DNA of 55,954 nt from an uncultured Erysipelotrichaceae bacterium (GCA_902797795.1 CADBUF010000070.1:1-55954); one strand, 5' to 3'; shown: positions 40,033 to 50,359, counted from the first letter of the stretch. Program-made: numbers and translations. The notes: generated from the letters alone by a model not told the origin.

Positions 40033-41668
40033 ATAATTTGATACAAGTTATGGTTGCACCATTTTCGTTTACTTCATCGAAATAGATAGCCCAACCAAGT
40101 TTAATTCGAGTATTTAATTTTTCTTTTAATGGGAATTGGTTTTTATAGGTGCCCATGGTGAAATAATCGCCAGTACCAAATAAATCATCATTTGTTAAAC
40201 TAAATTCATCACGATCATCTTTATAGACACCACCATCTTTAGTGTTAAATTCATAACCTTTTCTAATAACAGTTAATTGTCTATAGGCACTTGAACCCGC
40301 TAAATCAACAGCTCTATCGCCGCCAGAATTACTTGTCGCATGAACAACGTTTCCTTTTGATGGTAAACCTGTAGTACCACCAGTATTAGTGGAATATAAA
40401 CGGGAATCAACATGCCATAATCTAATTCCATAAGAATCAGGCCCAGCATTACGATTCTTTAATGCGTAGTCGGTATCAAATTTATTCAATCCATTTGGAG
40501 AATAAAATTCAATCATTAAAAAATTATGGAATGGGGTACCAAATGTATTAGCGTTTGAACTCAAGGCAATAACTTCTCCACCTTCTTCCATTGGTTTAAG
40601 GTGAATCTTCACTGTTTCTTGAGGATGATACGCTTTTGCCCACCCTAAAGCATAACGACTATATGGATCATGGCCTCCAACATTTTCATCTTGCATCGAG
40701 AATGATAAAGCAGGTGAAGAGGCACCAGAATAATCATAATAATCATTTAATCCAAAGATGTGCCCCATTTCATGGATAAAAGTATGAGCATCAATATTAC
40801 AATGTCTAGTATCTCCACTGGCATAAGAGCTACCACTTCTACTAATAGCGGCATCTTTAGAATACATGAAATCATAACTAGACCAGAAAAATGCATTAAC
40901 AGTAGGGTTAAAGGTGCTAGAAGCAGATAACGTCCAAGAAGTATAAGCCCATAAATTACTAGCATCGTTATTTCCTAATGCTGCTTGATCAGGGGCGCCA
41001 TAAACCATCATCACGCCATCTAAATAACCATCTTTATCAGTGTCAAAAGATGAAAGAGTATCAACATCTAAATATGATTTATACCAATCAATTGCCTTTT
41101 TTAACAAGGATTCAGTTCTGTAATCGTTATCAACATAATAATGTTCACTACTATAGCCACATTCATACCAAGGGGTAACTACACCTTCAAGATGAACGGT
41201 GCCAAAGGAATCGGCGTCGTAATAACTACTAACAGAGTGCCAACCTGTATCTTCTTCATTTCCAAAGAAAGCGGTTTTTATGTCATCTTTAACGTTATCA
41301 GGATAAAGAATATAATCGCTAGAATCAGTGAACCAAATTGGAATAACTAAAAGTTTTGGATTACCAGTAGAAGGGCAAACACTTAGTCCATAATATGAGT
41401 TTTTAGCGAAATCTTGATAAGTAATACTAGATTTCTTACCAGAGAACTCACTAACTTCTAAATCATCATAAGTGTGATCATATTCATCATAGATAAGGTT
41501 ATCTATTGGTTTTGGATTTTCCTCTTCTTGAGGTTTGCCTTCTTCTTGACTTGGTTTAGAAGGAATAAAAGTACCACCACTAGAAGAGGTATTTTGAAAG
41601 CCACACCCAGCAACACTAAGTGCGTTAACTAATATGAAAGCAAATAGTAAACCTTTGTTCTTTTTCAT
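40031..41668 (-). CDS. M6 (immune inhibitor A-like) zinc metalloprotease lipoprotein
   Basis: Lipobox VAGC; LVIPIWFTD, SVSSYY..SFG, FD.DKDGYLD, HEMGHIFGLNDYYD. Confidence 0.85.
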   Translation of the reverse strand: MKKNKGLLFAFILVNALSVAGCGFQNTSSSGGTFIPSKPSQEEGKPQEEENPKPIDNLIYDEYDHTYDDLEVSEFSGKKSSITYQDFAKNSYYGLSVCPSTGNPKLLVIPIWFTDSSDYILYPDNVKDDIKTAFFGNEEDTGWHSVSSYYDADSFGTVHLEGVVTPWYECGYSSEHYYVDNDYRTESLLKKAIDWYKSYLDVDTLSSFDTDKDGYLDGVMMVYGAPDQAALGNNDASNLWAYTSWTLSASSTFNPTVNAFFWSSYDFMYSKDAAISRSGSSYASGDTRHCNIDAHTFIHEMGHIFGLNDYYDYSGASSPALSFSMQDENVGGHDPYSRYALGWAKAYHPQETVKIHLKPMEEGGEVIALSSNANTFGTPFHNFLMIEFYSPNGLNKFDTDYALKNRNAGPDSYGIRLWHVDSRLYSTNTGGTTGLPSKGNVVHATSNSGGDRAVDLAGSSAYRQLTVIRKGYEFNTKDGGVYKDDRDEFSLTNDDLFGTGDYFTMGTYKNQFPLKEKLNTRIKLGWAIYFDEVNENGATITCIKL

Positions 41669-41715
41669 GGCGATATTTTATACCCCTAATTCCTTAAATG
41701 AAACAAATCTAAGTT

Positions 41716-43401
41716 TTATTTAAGTGAATTGATTAAACCACCAATACCTTGTTCTTTCAATATTTTTATGTAATCACCTAATAAATTTACTATGAGTTCG
41801 TCTAAGGCATTCATTGATCTCATTTCAATATCAGCGTTGTCATCATAAAGACGATAACCGGTATCTTGATATCTTTTTAAACCAGTAATTTCATTGGTCA
41901 TTTCATATATAACACTTTGGTAATCTTCTTTAACCGAAGCGACATTTTCAAGTTCTTGCTTAACGTCTTTAACTCCGTTATAGGCAAAAACTTCTACTCC
42001 GGTTCCTTTACCAATTGTATATAAATTACCAAAAACAGAAATAGCGGTGTCGCATAACGTATGAGACATGCTACCAGGAGTGTCACTATTCATGTTGATA
42101 TTCATCATCATAAGACCATCATAATTGAGATGTTTTTTCACTAAAGTGAAAAATTCCACTGTTGTCATATGAAATGGAGCGCTTATTGATGTGTAGGCAT
42201 CAACTAAAATAATGTCGTATTTATCATTTGTTCTTGCTAAAAAATTTCTTCCATCATCACATATAACATTTACAGTTGGATTCATGTGGAAATATTCATA
42301 AGAAAGATCGATGATTTTTTGATCGATTTCAATCGCAGTAATATGACAATTTGAGTTCATATAGTTTTTCATCATTGTGGCGTATGTTCCAGTTCCATTA
42401 CCAAGAATTAAAATCTCAGGATTGTCTTTGACTAAATATTTGCTACTTAAAAGATAGTCATAATACATTCCAGTTAAAGAATCATCATCTTTAATCATTG
42501 ATTGAACACCAAATAGAATGTTGGTACTTAGATATGTAGCGTTATCCTGACGATAAACTTTCAAATAATTATAAGTGGATTCTGTTTCTTTAATCGTTCC
42601 TTTTTCTTCCCACAAGGTGAATGAAGCATTAATAGAAAAGATCATTCCCACAATAAAAGTAGCGGAATATATACAAGTTAACACGATAGAGCGTATGAAC
42701 CTGCGCTTTTCTTTTTTGCCATCTTTAGTTGAAGTGACTTCCACTTCTTCTTTTCTTGGTTTGTTTTTATAGATTTCAATGAACGAAGTTATCACATAAA
42801 GTAAGCCAACTAAAGCGATTAATCCACCAAAGAGAACAAAGGAATTGCTTGTTCCGATAAATGGAATAGTTAAAAAGGTTGGCAAGAAAGTACCTAATAT
42901 AGAACCAACAGTGTTCAAAGCTTCTAATAAGCCAATGACTTTACCGCTAACTTTTTCTCCCATCGCATATTTAATCAAGCTAGGAGTAACTTTGCCTAAA
43001 AATAGTAAAGGAGGAACAAAAAGAATGATGCATGAGAATAACGCCGCCCAAATTACAAGGTTATGAGTTATAAAAAGAGCAAAGAGAACACTAACACCAA
43101 CAATTACATATTTGCCAAGGAAAGGAATAAGAATGATATAAACACCTGCAAAAGATAATTCTAAATACAATCTTAGATATGATGGTTTTTTATCAGCCTG
43201 TTTTCCACCCCAATAGTTCCCAACTGCCATAGCAATCATAATGACGCCAATAATAAGAGTCCAAACGACTTGGCTAGAAGAAAAATATACAGAGATGAGT
43301 CTTGACGCACTCATTTCAATTCCCATAAGACATAGTCCAACAAGAGCCTCTGTAATGAAATAATAAGTTTTACTGTGAATAAATAGCGGTTTCTTTTCCA
43401 T
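41716..43401 (-). CDS. Fused membrane domain / spermidine synthase-like SAM-dependent transferase
   Basis: N-terminal TM helices (GIEMSASR, NTVGSILGTF); C-terminal ILGNGTG, IEID, DDGR, DIILVDAY. Confidence 0.8.
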   Translation of the reverse strand: MEKKPLFIHSKTYYFITEALVGLCLMGIEMSASRLISVYFSSSQVVWTLIIGVIMIAMAVGNYWGGKQADKKPSYLRLYLELSFAGVYIILIPFLGKYVIVGVSVLFALFITHNLVIWAALFSCIILFVPPLLFLGKVTPSLIKYAMGEKVSGKVIGLLEALNTVGSILGTFLPTFLTIPFIGTSNSFVLFGGLIALVGLLYVITSFIEIYKNKPRKEEVEVTSTKDGKKEKRRFIRSIVLTCIYSATFIVGMIFSINASFTLWEEKGTIKETESTYNYLKVYRQDNATYLSTNILFGVQSMIKDDDSLTGMYYDYLLSSKYLVKDNPEILILGNGTGTYATMMKNYMNSNCHITAIEIDQKIIDLSYEYFHMNPTVNVICDDGRNFLARTNDKYDIILVDAYTSISAPFHMTTVEFFTLVKKHLNYDGLMMMNINMNSDTPGSMSHTLCDTAISVFGNLYTIGKGTGVEVFAYNGVKDVKQELENVASVKEDYQSVIYEMTNEITGLKRYQDTGYRLYDDNADIEMRSMNALDELIVNLLGDYIKILKEQGIGGLINSLK

Positions 43402-43551
43402 AACTGCTCCTCATTGTATAATTATAATTGTTTTTACAAAGTAACTTTGACGATAATAGTTATTGATGTAATAATCATATCATTCGATTATATCGAATAA
43501 AACAAATATTTGCTATCTCCTAACTTAATTAAATTTGCTATCATATTTGTG

Positions 43552-44085
43552 ATGACAGACAAAGTATATCGAAACGGACATAGAGCCGCACTATTTGGAC
43601 TAGTAGTAGCAATATTAACTTTAGTTGGTGGAGCAGTTGTAATCCCAATTGTAGTTTTTGCTAGAAACTTACCAGTTTTTAAAACCCACAACATTTCCGT
43701 TATGCCAAGAACCTTAATTGGTGATTATTATTTAAAAGGTAATACGTATAATTACAGCACCTATGATGATGGCATAATTACCATCACCTCAGATAAAGGA
43801 CATGCGAGTTTAGGTAATATTGATGGGACTTCCTACTTGTATTCGCTTAAAACTGACGAATTAACCACACTAACCTTTAACCTCTTTATAGGTGAAAAAA
43901 ATATTTATCGATTAGACAATTTTAATGTTTATAGATGTGATTCAACCGGAACAATCATCACAAAAATTAGTCCGTCCGAATTACGCCTTGTAGGAACATA
44001 TATGAATATCGCTCTTGAATACGATTTTGATAGTGATGTCTATATCTATGGCGTCGATATAACTTACACAGTTAGAGAAAAATAA
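43552..44085 (+). CDS. Hypothetical membrane-anchored protein
   Basis: Single N-terminal hydrophobic helix, beta-rich C-terminus; ATG 7 nt after TGcTATCAT. Confidence 0.6.
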   Translation: MTDKVYRNGHRAALFGLVVAILTLVGGAVVIPIVVFARNLPVFKTHNISVMPRTLIGDYYLKGNTYNYSTYDDGIITITSDKGHASLGNIDGTSYLYSLKTDELTTLTFNLFIGEKNIYRLDNFNVYRCDSTGTIITKISPSELRLVGTYMNIALEYDFDSDVYIYGVDITYTVREK

Positions 44086-44107
44086 AAGATGACTCAGTCA
44101 TCTTTTT
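44084..44107. terminator. Bidirectional intrinsic terminator
   Basis: Perfect AAAAGATGAC-tca-GTCATCTTTT. Confidence 0.8.
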
Positions 44108-44355
44108 TATAGTGATAATGATTTATAGAAGATGAAATTATTTTCGCCGTCTATATATCCAACTTCTTTGCCGTTGATTATGATTGATCCATCATCATCT
44201 ACATATCCGATTTTCTTTGGAGGAAAAGATATTTCTCCCTCGTCAGATATTTCTGCAAACTTTCTTCCATTTATATAAAGGACGTTTTCGCCGATATACC
44301 CAACTAGTTTTTCGTCTATATAGATATTTTTACCAAACGAATCAATTATTAGCAT
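44107..44355 (-). CDS. Small hypothetical protein with ~15-16-aa beta repeats
   Basis: Repeats I.I.G..VGYI/IGYV; start overlaps the glmU end. Confidence 0.65.
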   Translation of the reverse strand: MLIIDSFGKNIYIDEKLVGYIGENVLYINGRKFAEISDEGEISFPPKKIGYVDDDGSIIINGKEVGYIDGENNFIFYKSLSL

Positions 44356-45374
44356 ATCTCTTCGTCTTTTTTGAAAACGTATGGTCCAATAAACTTGTTA
44401 TCAGAAATTTTAACGTTTTCAAGAGTGGAATTCATGATGTGATTGTCATTTCCCATATTAACATTTGTTAATGAAGTGTTTGGGCCAAGCCAGTTTGCTT
44501 CACCAATCTTACAAGGACCTAAAATAGAAGTATTTGGTCTAATAATTGTGTCTCTACCAATTACAGCGTCAGGAGAAATATAAGCTGTATCTGGATCTTC
44601 AATAGAAACACCAGAAAGCATTAGTTTACGGTTTACTCTTTTTCGAATAACTTTAGCAGCATAGCTTAATTGGAAACGATCGCTAACACAGAAGATATCT
44701 TGAGCATCTTCTAAAACATAAGCTTCAACTCGATATCCATCACGATTAAATAATTTCACAAGTTCGGAAAGATAGAATTCTTTTTTAGCATTACTATTCG
44801 ATAACTTAGGAAGGTACTCTTGTAATAACCTGTTATTAATAATATAAATACCAGCGTTAACTTCGCCTATTTCTCTTTCTTCAGCGTTACAGTCTTTATC
44901 TTCACGGATATCTAATAAACGATAACTGCCTTTTTCTCTAATAACACGGCCGTATCCTGTAGGATTTTCAAATACAGAAGTACAGATAGTTAAAGCGTTA
45001 TCGCCTTTTTCATGTTTGTGATAAATCTTTTGAAGAGTTTTGGTTGTTAATAATGGGGTATCTCCACCTACAACAATAATATCTCCGTCTTTATCAGCAA
45101 GTTCTTTAACTTGCATTAAAGCGTGCCCGGTTCCAAGAATTTCTTTTTGCCAAACAACTTTTGAATAATCTTTAACACACGCTTCAGTAGCTTTTCCACC
45201 AAAACCAACAACCGTGTATAAATCTTTTAAACCTAACTGTATAACAGCGTCAACCACATAGTTAATAAGTGGTTTTCCTAAAATTGGATAAGCAACTTTT
45301 GAATGGTTTGGGTCACGGCTTTCCATACGGGAGCCTCTTCCAGCGCCTAATATAACTGCATATTTATCTTTCAT
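44349..45374 (-). CDS. glmU: GlmU-like uridyltransferase, C-terminally shortened (partial LbH domain)
   Basis: LGAG.G.RM.S, Q...LGTGHA, GDTPL, PTGYGR, EVNAGIY, EFYL, GV.I.DP; ends shortly after IGPY. Confidence 0.8.
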   Translation of the reverse strand: MKDKYAVILGAGRGSRMESRDPNHSKVAYPILGKPLINYVVDAVIQLGLKDLYTVVGFGGKATEACVKDYSKVVWQKEILGTGHALMQVKELADKDGDIIVVGGDTPLLTTKTLQKIYHKHEKGDNALTICTSVFENPTGYGRVIREKGSYRLLDIREDKDCNAEEREIGEVNAGIYIINNRLLQEYLPKLSNSNAKKEFYLSELVKLFNRDGYRVEAYVLEDAQDIFCVSDRFQLSYAAKVIRKRVNRKLMLSGVSIEDPDTAYISPDAVIGRDTIIRPNTSILGPCKIGEANWLGPNTSLTNVNMGNDNHIMNSTLENVKISDNKFIGPYVFKKDEEIC

Positions 45375-45390
45375 TCTTTTCTTCTCCTTA

Positions 45391-46242
45391 CTAATTTATA
45401 ACTTTTGTTACTTCAACGAAGTAATGATCATCTAATTCTTTTGCCACTTTCTTTATAAGTGATGAGTCTGTAGAAAGAGCGAAAACAGTAGAACCTGATC
45501 CACTCATGAGAACAATTTTAAAACCTCGGTCAAATAGTGTTTGTTTAATCTGCTGTATCTCTGGCACTAGTTTAATCGCAGCTTCTTCTAAGGAATTACC
45601 AATAGAGGCCGCTAATAAATCATCATCACCTTCTTTAAGGGCTTTGATGACATCATCAACTTTGACATGTTTATATGGAAGTGAATCTGCAATTGCAAAA
45701 ACTTCTTTTGTTGAACAACCAATATTTGGTTTAACTAATAAAACATGGTAATTGTTCTTAACTTCAATTGGATGCAATTCTTCTCCAATTCCATTACATC
45801 TAGATGGAACGCAAGGAATAAAGAAAGGGATATCAGCACCTAGAGGTGTAGCAAGTTCAATAAGCTCTTGCTCACTCGCATTAAGTTTTAGCATCTCGTT
45901 AACTGCTTTTAAAGTAAATGCAGCGTTACTACTTCCACCACCTAAGCCAGCTTGCATAGGAATGTTTTTATGAATATAAACTCTAAATTTAGTAGTGAAA
46001 CCATATTTCTTCGCTAAAGACTCAATCGCACTTGTTGCTAAATTATAATGGACAAGCCCATTAGAAAAGTCGTCAACAGTAACAAAGTTATCATTACTTT
46101 TATATAAAGGTTCAATAATAATTGAGTCATGAAGTTCAATAGGAAGCATAACGGAGTCTAATTCATGATATCCGTTACTTTTCTTACTAACTACATCAAG
46201 AGAAATATTAATTTTTGCAAAACTTTTAATCGATTTAACCAT
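45391..46242 (-). CDS. ispE: 4-diphosphocytidyl-2-C-methyl-D-erythritol kinase
   Basis: AKIN.SL, GYHEL, IPMQAGLGGGSSNAA, GADIPFF, MSGSGS. Confidence 0.95.
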   Translation of the reverse strand: MVKSIKSFAKINISLDVVSKKSNGYHELDSVMLPIELHDSIIIEPLYKSNDNFVTVDDFSNGLVHYNLATSAIESLAKKYGFTTKFRVYIHKNIPMQAGLGGGSSNAAFTLKAVNEMLKLNASEQELIELATPLGADIPFFIPCVPSRCNGIGEELHPIEVKNNYHVLLVKPNIGCSTKEVFAIADSLPYKHVKVDDVIKALKEGDDDLLAASIGNSLEEAAIKLVPEIQQIKQTLFDRGFKIVLMSGSGSTVFALSTDSSLIKKVAKELDDHYFVEVTKVIN

Positions 46243-46264
46243 ATTGATACACCTACATTATATA

Positions 46265-47068
46265 TTATTTACTTAAGTTAAATAATCGATACATTTCTAA
46301 ATATTCATTTGGAGAGATATTTTCGGGTCTTTTATTTCCCTCTATCCCTAACTTATTTAAAACTTCATTAATTTTATCAACGTCATTAGAGTAGTTCTTT
46401 AAATTGTTAAAAATAGTTTTTCTACGATTAAGGAATAACGTTTTACACATTTTATATACACCTAAAATTATTTCCCTATCGCAAACAGGTCGATAAGAAA
46501 AGACAAACACACAAGAATCACATTTAGGGGCGGGGTAGAATGATCCTGGTTTAACAGTTAATAGTTTTTTACTCTCGCCCAATAAGTGGAGCATAACTCC
46601 TAGCGGTCCATATTTTTCTCCACTAATTTCAAAGAATCTCGCAAAGGCTTCGCTTTGACACATCAACACCATTTTAGAAGCTTCGCTGTTAAGTAAAAGA
46701 AAAGCAACTAATTCAGTAGTGATGTTATAAGGGAGATTTCCAATGATTTTATTATATTTAGATACATCGATTTTTCTTACATCGTTCAAAATATAATTAA
46801 CATCTTCCTTATAAAATATTTTAAGAAAATCAATCATCCGAGAATCAATATCACAGACATCTAAATCACACTTCCCCACCATAAAATGAGTTAGAGATCC
46901 TAGGCCTGGGCCAATTTCTAAAACTTTATCTTCTTTATTTAATTCAAGAGCAGCAACAATACGTTCAGATATCAAAGGCTCAATAAGAAAATTTTGGCCA
47001 TAGTCCTTATCTGGTCTAACATTACATTTATTTACTAACTCGTTGATATTTGTTCTATTAATTTCCAC
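46265..47068 (-). CDS. rsmA: 16S rRNA adenine dimethyltransferase KsgA
   Basis: GQNFL, EIGPGLGSLT, NLPYNIT. Confidence 0.95.
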   Translation of the reverse strand: MEINRTNINELVNKCNVRPDKDYGQNFLIEPLISERIVAALELNKEDKVLEIGPGLGSLTHFMVGKCDLDVCDIDSRMIDFLKIFYKEDVNYILNDVRKIDVSKYNKIIGNLPYNITTELVAFLLLNSEASKMVLMCQSEAFARFFEISGEKYGPLGVMLHLLGESKKLLTVKPGSFYPAPKCDSCVFVFSYRPVCDREIILGVYKMCKTLFLNRRKTIFNNLKNYSNDVDKINEVLNKLGIEGNKRPENISPNEYLEMYRLFNLSK

Positions 47069-47588
47069 GAATATTGTCCTCTACTTCTCCTGGTGAAATA
47101 TTTAAAATGTTAAGCTGATTTTCAAGCGATTTAATGTTCCCACTAATTAACCTATATTTATTTATAAGCTTTTCTTTATATTTACATGGTTCTTCACTTA
47201 AAGAGATAATGTTAACTAAGTCATATGAGTGTCTTGTTATCTCATAGTCACAAGCAAAAGGCTTTAACGCTTCAATAACTGCTTCTTTACTCGATTCTGC
47301 AACACCCGACTTTTTATAATTATTTCTAACAATTTTCTCACTTTTTGCTTCAAAAACATTATTAATTTCGTTTTTTATTCTATTTCTGATTTGCTCTCCA
47401 GCAACATCGTTATCAGTAAAAATTATGAGTTTTCTAACCTTTGAAGCTTCTTTTAAAAAAATAATTTTTTCTTCGCTTAAATCATAACCATTTGTAATAA
47501 AAAAGTAGGTATTAATAAATGAAGACAAATAACTTACATCCGATTTACCTTCAACAACTAAAACAGCATCGATATTAATCTTCTTCAT
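47058..47588 (-). CDS. rnmV: Ribonuclease M5 (Toprim)
   Basis: VVEGKSD, FTDNDVAGEQIR, GVAE; tatD-rnmV-ksgA order. Confidence 0.85.
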   Translation of the reverse strand: MKKINIDAVLVVEGKSDVSYLSSFINTYFFITNGYDLSEEKIIFLKEASKVRKLIIFTDNDVAGEQIRNRIKNEINNVFEAKSEKIVRNNYKKSGVAESSKEAVIEALKPFACDYEITRHSYDLVNIISLSEEPCKYKEKLINKYRLISGNIKSLENQLNILNISPGEVEDNIRGN

Positions 47589-48354
47589 TGATATTAAACA
47601 CTCTTAATGAGTTTTTATAAATAACGTCTTCTAAATGCTTTTTAGACATCTTTTTTAGTCTTGAAATTTCATCTAAAACCAAACAAATATATTTCGGTTC
47701 ATTCTTTTCTCCTCTATGTGGATGAGGAGTTAAATATGGAGCATCTGTTTCAATCACCAATTTTTCTAAAGGTACTTCTTCTGCAACTTCTTTTGGCGTT
47801 TTTGCGTTAGTAAAAGTTACAGTTCCTCCTAAAGAAATTAATAATCCTAAATCAATAACTTCATACATCGTTTCGACGCTTCCAGAATAACAATGCATGA
47901 TGCCTCCATAAATTGGGGTATGCTCTTTTAAAATCTTTACACAGTCTTCGGTGCTTTCTCTATTATGAATAGAAATTGGTAAATGATGGTTATTAGCAAA
48001 ATCAATTTGCTTGATAAACCATTCTTTTTGTTTTTCTCTTTGTTCGCAATCTTTAATCCAGTGATAATCTAATCCAATTTCCCCAATCGCCACTACTTTT
48101 TTATTAGATACTAGCGACATGGTTTTGTTATATTCTTCATCACTAACATTAAATATTTCTGTTGGGTGATAGCCAATTGCGGCGTAGCATTCTACAAATC
48201 TATTAGCGATATCCACTGCCAACTTACTACTTGGGCCATCATAACCGACAACTAAAAATTTCTTTACCCCGGTCTTTTTAGCGTTTTCAATCACTTCATC
48301 GATTCGAGGATAAAGGTTCTCATCATTTAAATGGCAATGAGTATCAAAGATCAT
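47575..48354 (-). CDS. tatD: TatD family DNase
   Basis: DTHCHL, GEIGLDY, IHNRE, HCYSG, ETDAPYL; ATG at 48354. Confidence 0.93.
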   Translation of the reverse strand: MIFDTHCHLNDENLYPRIDEVIENAKKTGVKKFLVVGYDGPSSKLAVDIANRFVECYAAIGYHPTEIFNVSDEEYNKTMSLVSNKKVVAIGEIGLDYHWIKDCEQREKQKEWFIKQIDFANNHHLPISIHNRESTEDCVKILKEHTPIYGGIMHCYSGSVETMYEVIDLGLLISLGGTVTFTNAKTPKEVAEEVPLEKLVIETDAPYLTPHPHRGEKNEPKYICLVLDEISRLKKMSKKHLEDVIYKNSLRVFNINEED

Positions 48355-48355
48355 T

Positions 48356-49684
48356 TTATTTTCCAACACAGAAACGAGAGAATATCTCCTTTGATATATC
48401 TCTTTGATTATATTCACCTAAAATTTCTAACACAGAATTATAGGCATCATGTAAAGAAACACTTACGAGATCAATTGGTAAATTATTTAAGGCATCTTCT
48501 TTAGCTTTTAAGAGGCTTTCTTTCGTGTTTTTTAGCAAACCTAATTGTCTAACGTTATTTAAAGATGGAGTTTTATAAGTTTGTTCACTTAAACCTAGTT
48601 TAGCGTATATCGCATCTTTTAAAGGTTTGATGTTATTATTAAGCGCAGAAATTGAAATTGCATTATCGAACTTTTTATCACTCTTATCTATTTTGTTATA
48701 AACAATGATATGAGGGGTTTCTTTAACGTATTCCAAGATATTTTTATCATCTTCATCTAATTCAGTTGAAGCATCTAAAAGAACAATGACCAAGTCAGCT
48801 TCTTTAATTGTGTCTTTAGATTTGTTAACTCCGATGATTTCAACTTTATCAGTAGATTCTCTAATTCCAGCAGTGTCTAATAAATGAAGAACGACACCAT
48901 TAAGATTGATTTCACCTTCAACTATATCTCTAGTGGTTCCTGCTATATCAGTAACAATCGCCTTATTTTCACCTAGCAAGGCATTAAGTAAAGAAGATTT
49001 ACCAACATTTGGTTTTCCAACCAACGCCACTTTAATTCCTTCTTTAATAATTAATCCTTTTTCACCTTCATTAACAAGTTTATCGATGATAGGAGTAAGC
49101 TCATCTACTAGAGTAATTACGTGTTCTTTATTAGCTACTTCAATATCTTCATATTCTGGATAATCAATATTGACTTCAATTAAAGACAAAACATCTGCGA
49201 TTCTTTCTCTTAGAGGGACAATTAATTTAGAAGTATCTCCTTTTAAAGAAAGAAGTGAGAGTTCTTTTGCTTCTTTTGTGGTTGCATTAATCACATCATT
49301 AATGGCTTCTGCTTGAATTAAATCAATGCGATTATTAAGGAACGCTCTTGAAGAATATTCACCATTAGTAGCAAGTCGAGCCCCTTTAGATAAAAGAAGT
49401 TGAATAATTTCATTAGCGATTAATGTTGAACCATGACAAATAATCTCAACAAGGTCTTCCCCTGTAAATGATTTTGGTCCTTTATAAATTGCTAAAACAA
49501 CTTCATCAACAACATTATCGTTATCAACAATCTTTCCAACTAACAATGTGCGTTTATCAATGTTACGAATATCTTTATTGAAGCACTTAGAAACAATATC
49601 AAAAGCATCTCCTCCAGATACACGAATAATGTGGAGAGCGCTTTTAAGCGGGGCTGTAGCAAGAGCAACAATTGTTTCTAACAT
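48356..49684 (-). CDS. mnmE: tRNA modification GTPase MnmE
   Basis: GKPNVGKSS, GTTRD, DTAG, NKID, C-terminal FCVGK. Confidence 0.97.
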   Translation of the reverse strand: MLETIVALATAPLKSALHIIRVSGGDAFDIVSKCFNKDIRNIDKRTLLVGKIVDNDNVVDEVVLAIYKGPKSFTGEDLVEIICHGSTLIANEIIQLLLSKGARLATNGEYSSRAFLNNRIDLIQAEAINDVINATTKEAKELSLLSLKGDTSKLIVPLRERIADVLSLIEVNIDYPEYEDIEVANKEHVITLVDELTPIIDKLVNEGEKGLIIKEGIKVALVGKPNVGKSSLLNALLGENKAIVTDIAGTTRDIVEGEINLNGVVLHLLDTAGIRESTDKVEIIGVNKSKDTIKEADLVIVLLDASTELDEDDKNILEYVKETPHIIVYNKIDKSDKKFDNAISISALNNNIKPLKDAIYAKLGLSEQTYKTPSLNNVRQLGLLKNTKESLLKAKEDALNNLPIDLVSVSLHDAYNSVLEILGEYNQRDISKEIFSRFCVGK

Positions 49685-49723
49685 ATTATCTCCTAAAAAG
49701 CACCCAAAGGGTGCATTTAGTTT

Positions 49724-50347
49724 TTATTCTTCTGAATTATCTTTCTTCTCTTCAACATAGATAATTTGAACTTGTCTATGACTACCTTCACCAATGGATT
49801 CGGTTTTGATATTTCTCCAACCGTTTAGAGCGTTATGAATAGCTCTTCTTTCATCCGCTGGCATTGGATCAAAGGTATAAGTAGTCTTGCTTCTTTGAAC
49901 ATCTTTAGCGGTCTTACGAGCAAGTCTTTCAAGTTTAGAATATTTATTATCTTTGTAGCCATTAATATCAAGTAAGATTCTAAATCTTCTATGAAAGTGA
50001 TTGTTTGCGGCTAATTTCACAAGTTCATTCAAAGCTTGAAGAGTAACACCATTCTTTCCAATTAAAATTGGATTATGAGTGCTATCTAATGTAATGCGAA
50101 TGATATCATCATCTAATTTTGATTTGACTGAGCTTTCAATGCCTAAGGCATCAGTAGCATTTAATAAGTAATCTTCAGCGTATCTGATGACATCAGAAAG
50201 ATCATAAACTTCGATTTGAACTTTTTTTGAAATAAAACCAACTGTTTTACCGGTATCAATATAGATTAATTCGTCTTTAGGAACGCCGGTATCTTTGGAA
50301 GCTTTTTCAAGAGCTTCTTCAACGTTTTTTCCTGTATATATTTCCAT
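49724..50347 (-). CDS. jag: Jag/EloR (KhpB) RNA-binding protein
   Basis: Jag_N, KH LIGKNG.TL.AL, R3H ERRAIH. Confidence 0.92.
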   Translation of the reverse strand: MEIYTGKNVEEALEKASKDTGVPKDELIYIDTGKTVGFISKKVQIEVYDLSDVIRYAEDYLLNATDALGIESSVKSKLDDDIIRITLDSTHNPILIGKNGVTLQALNELVKLAANNHFHRRFRILLDINGYKDNKYSKLERLARKTAKDVQRSKTTYTFDPMPADERRAIHNALNGWRNIKTESIGEGSHRQVQIIYVEEKKDNSEE

Positions 50348-50359
50348 AAAATATAACTC

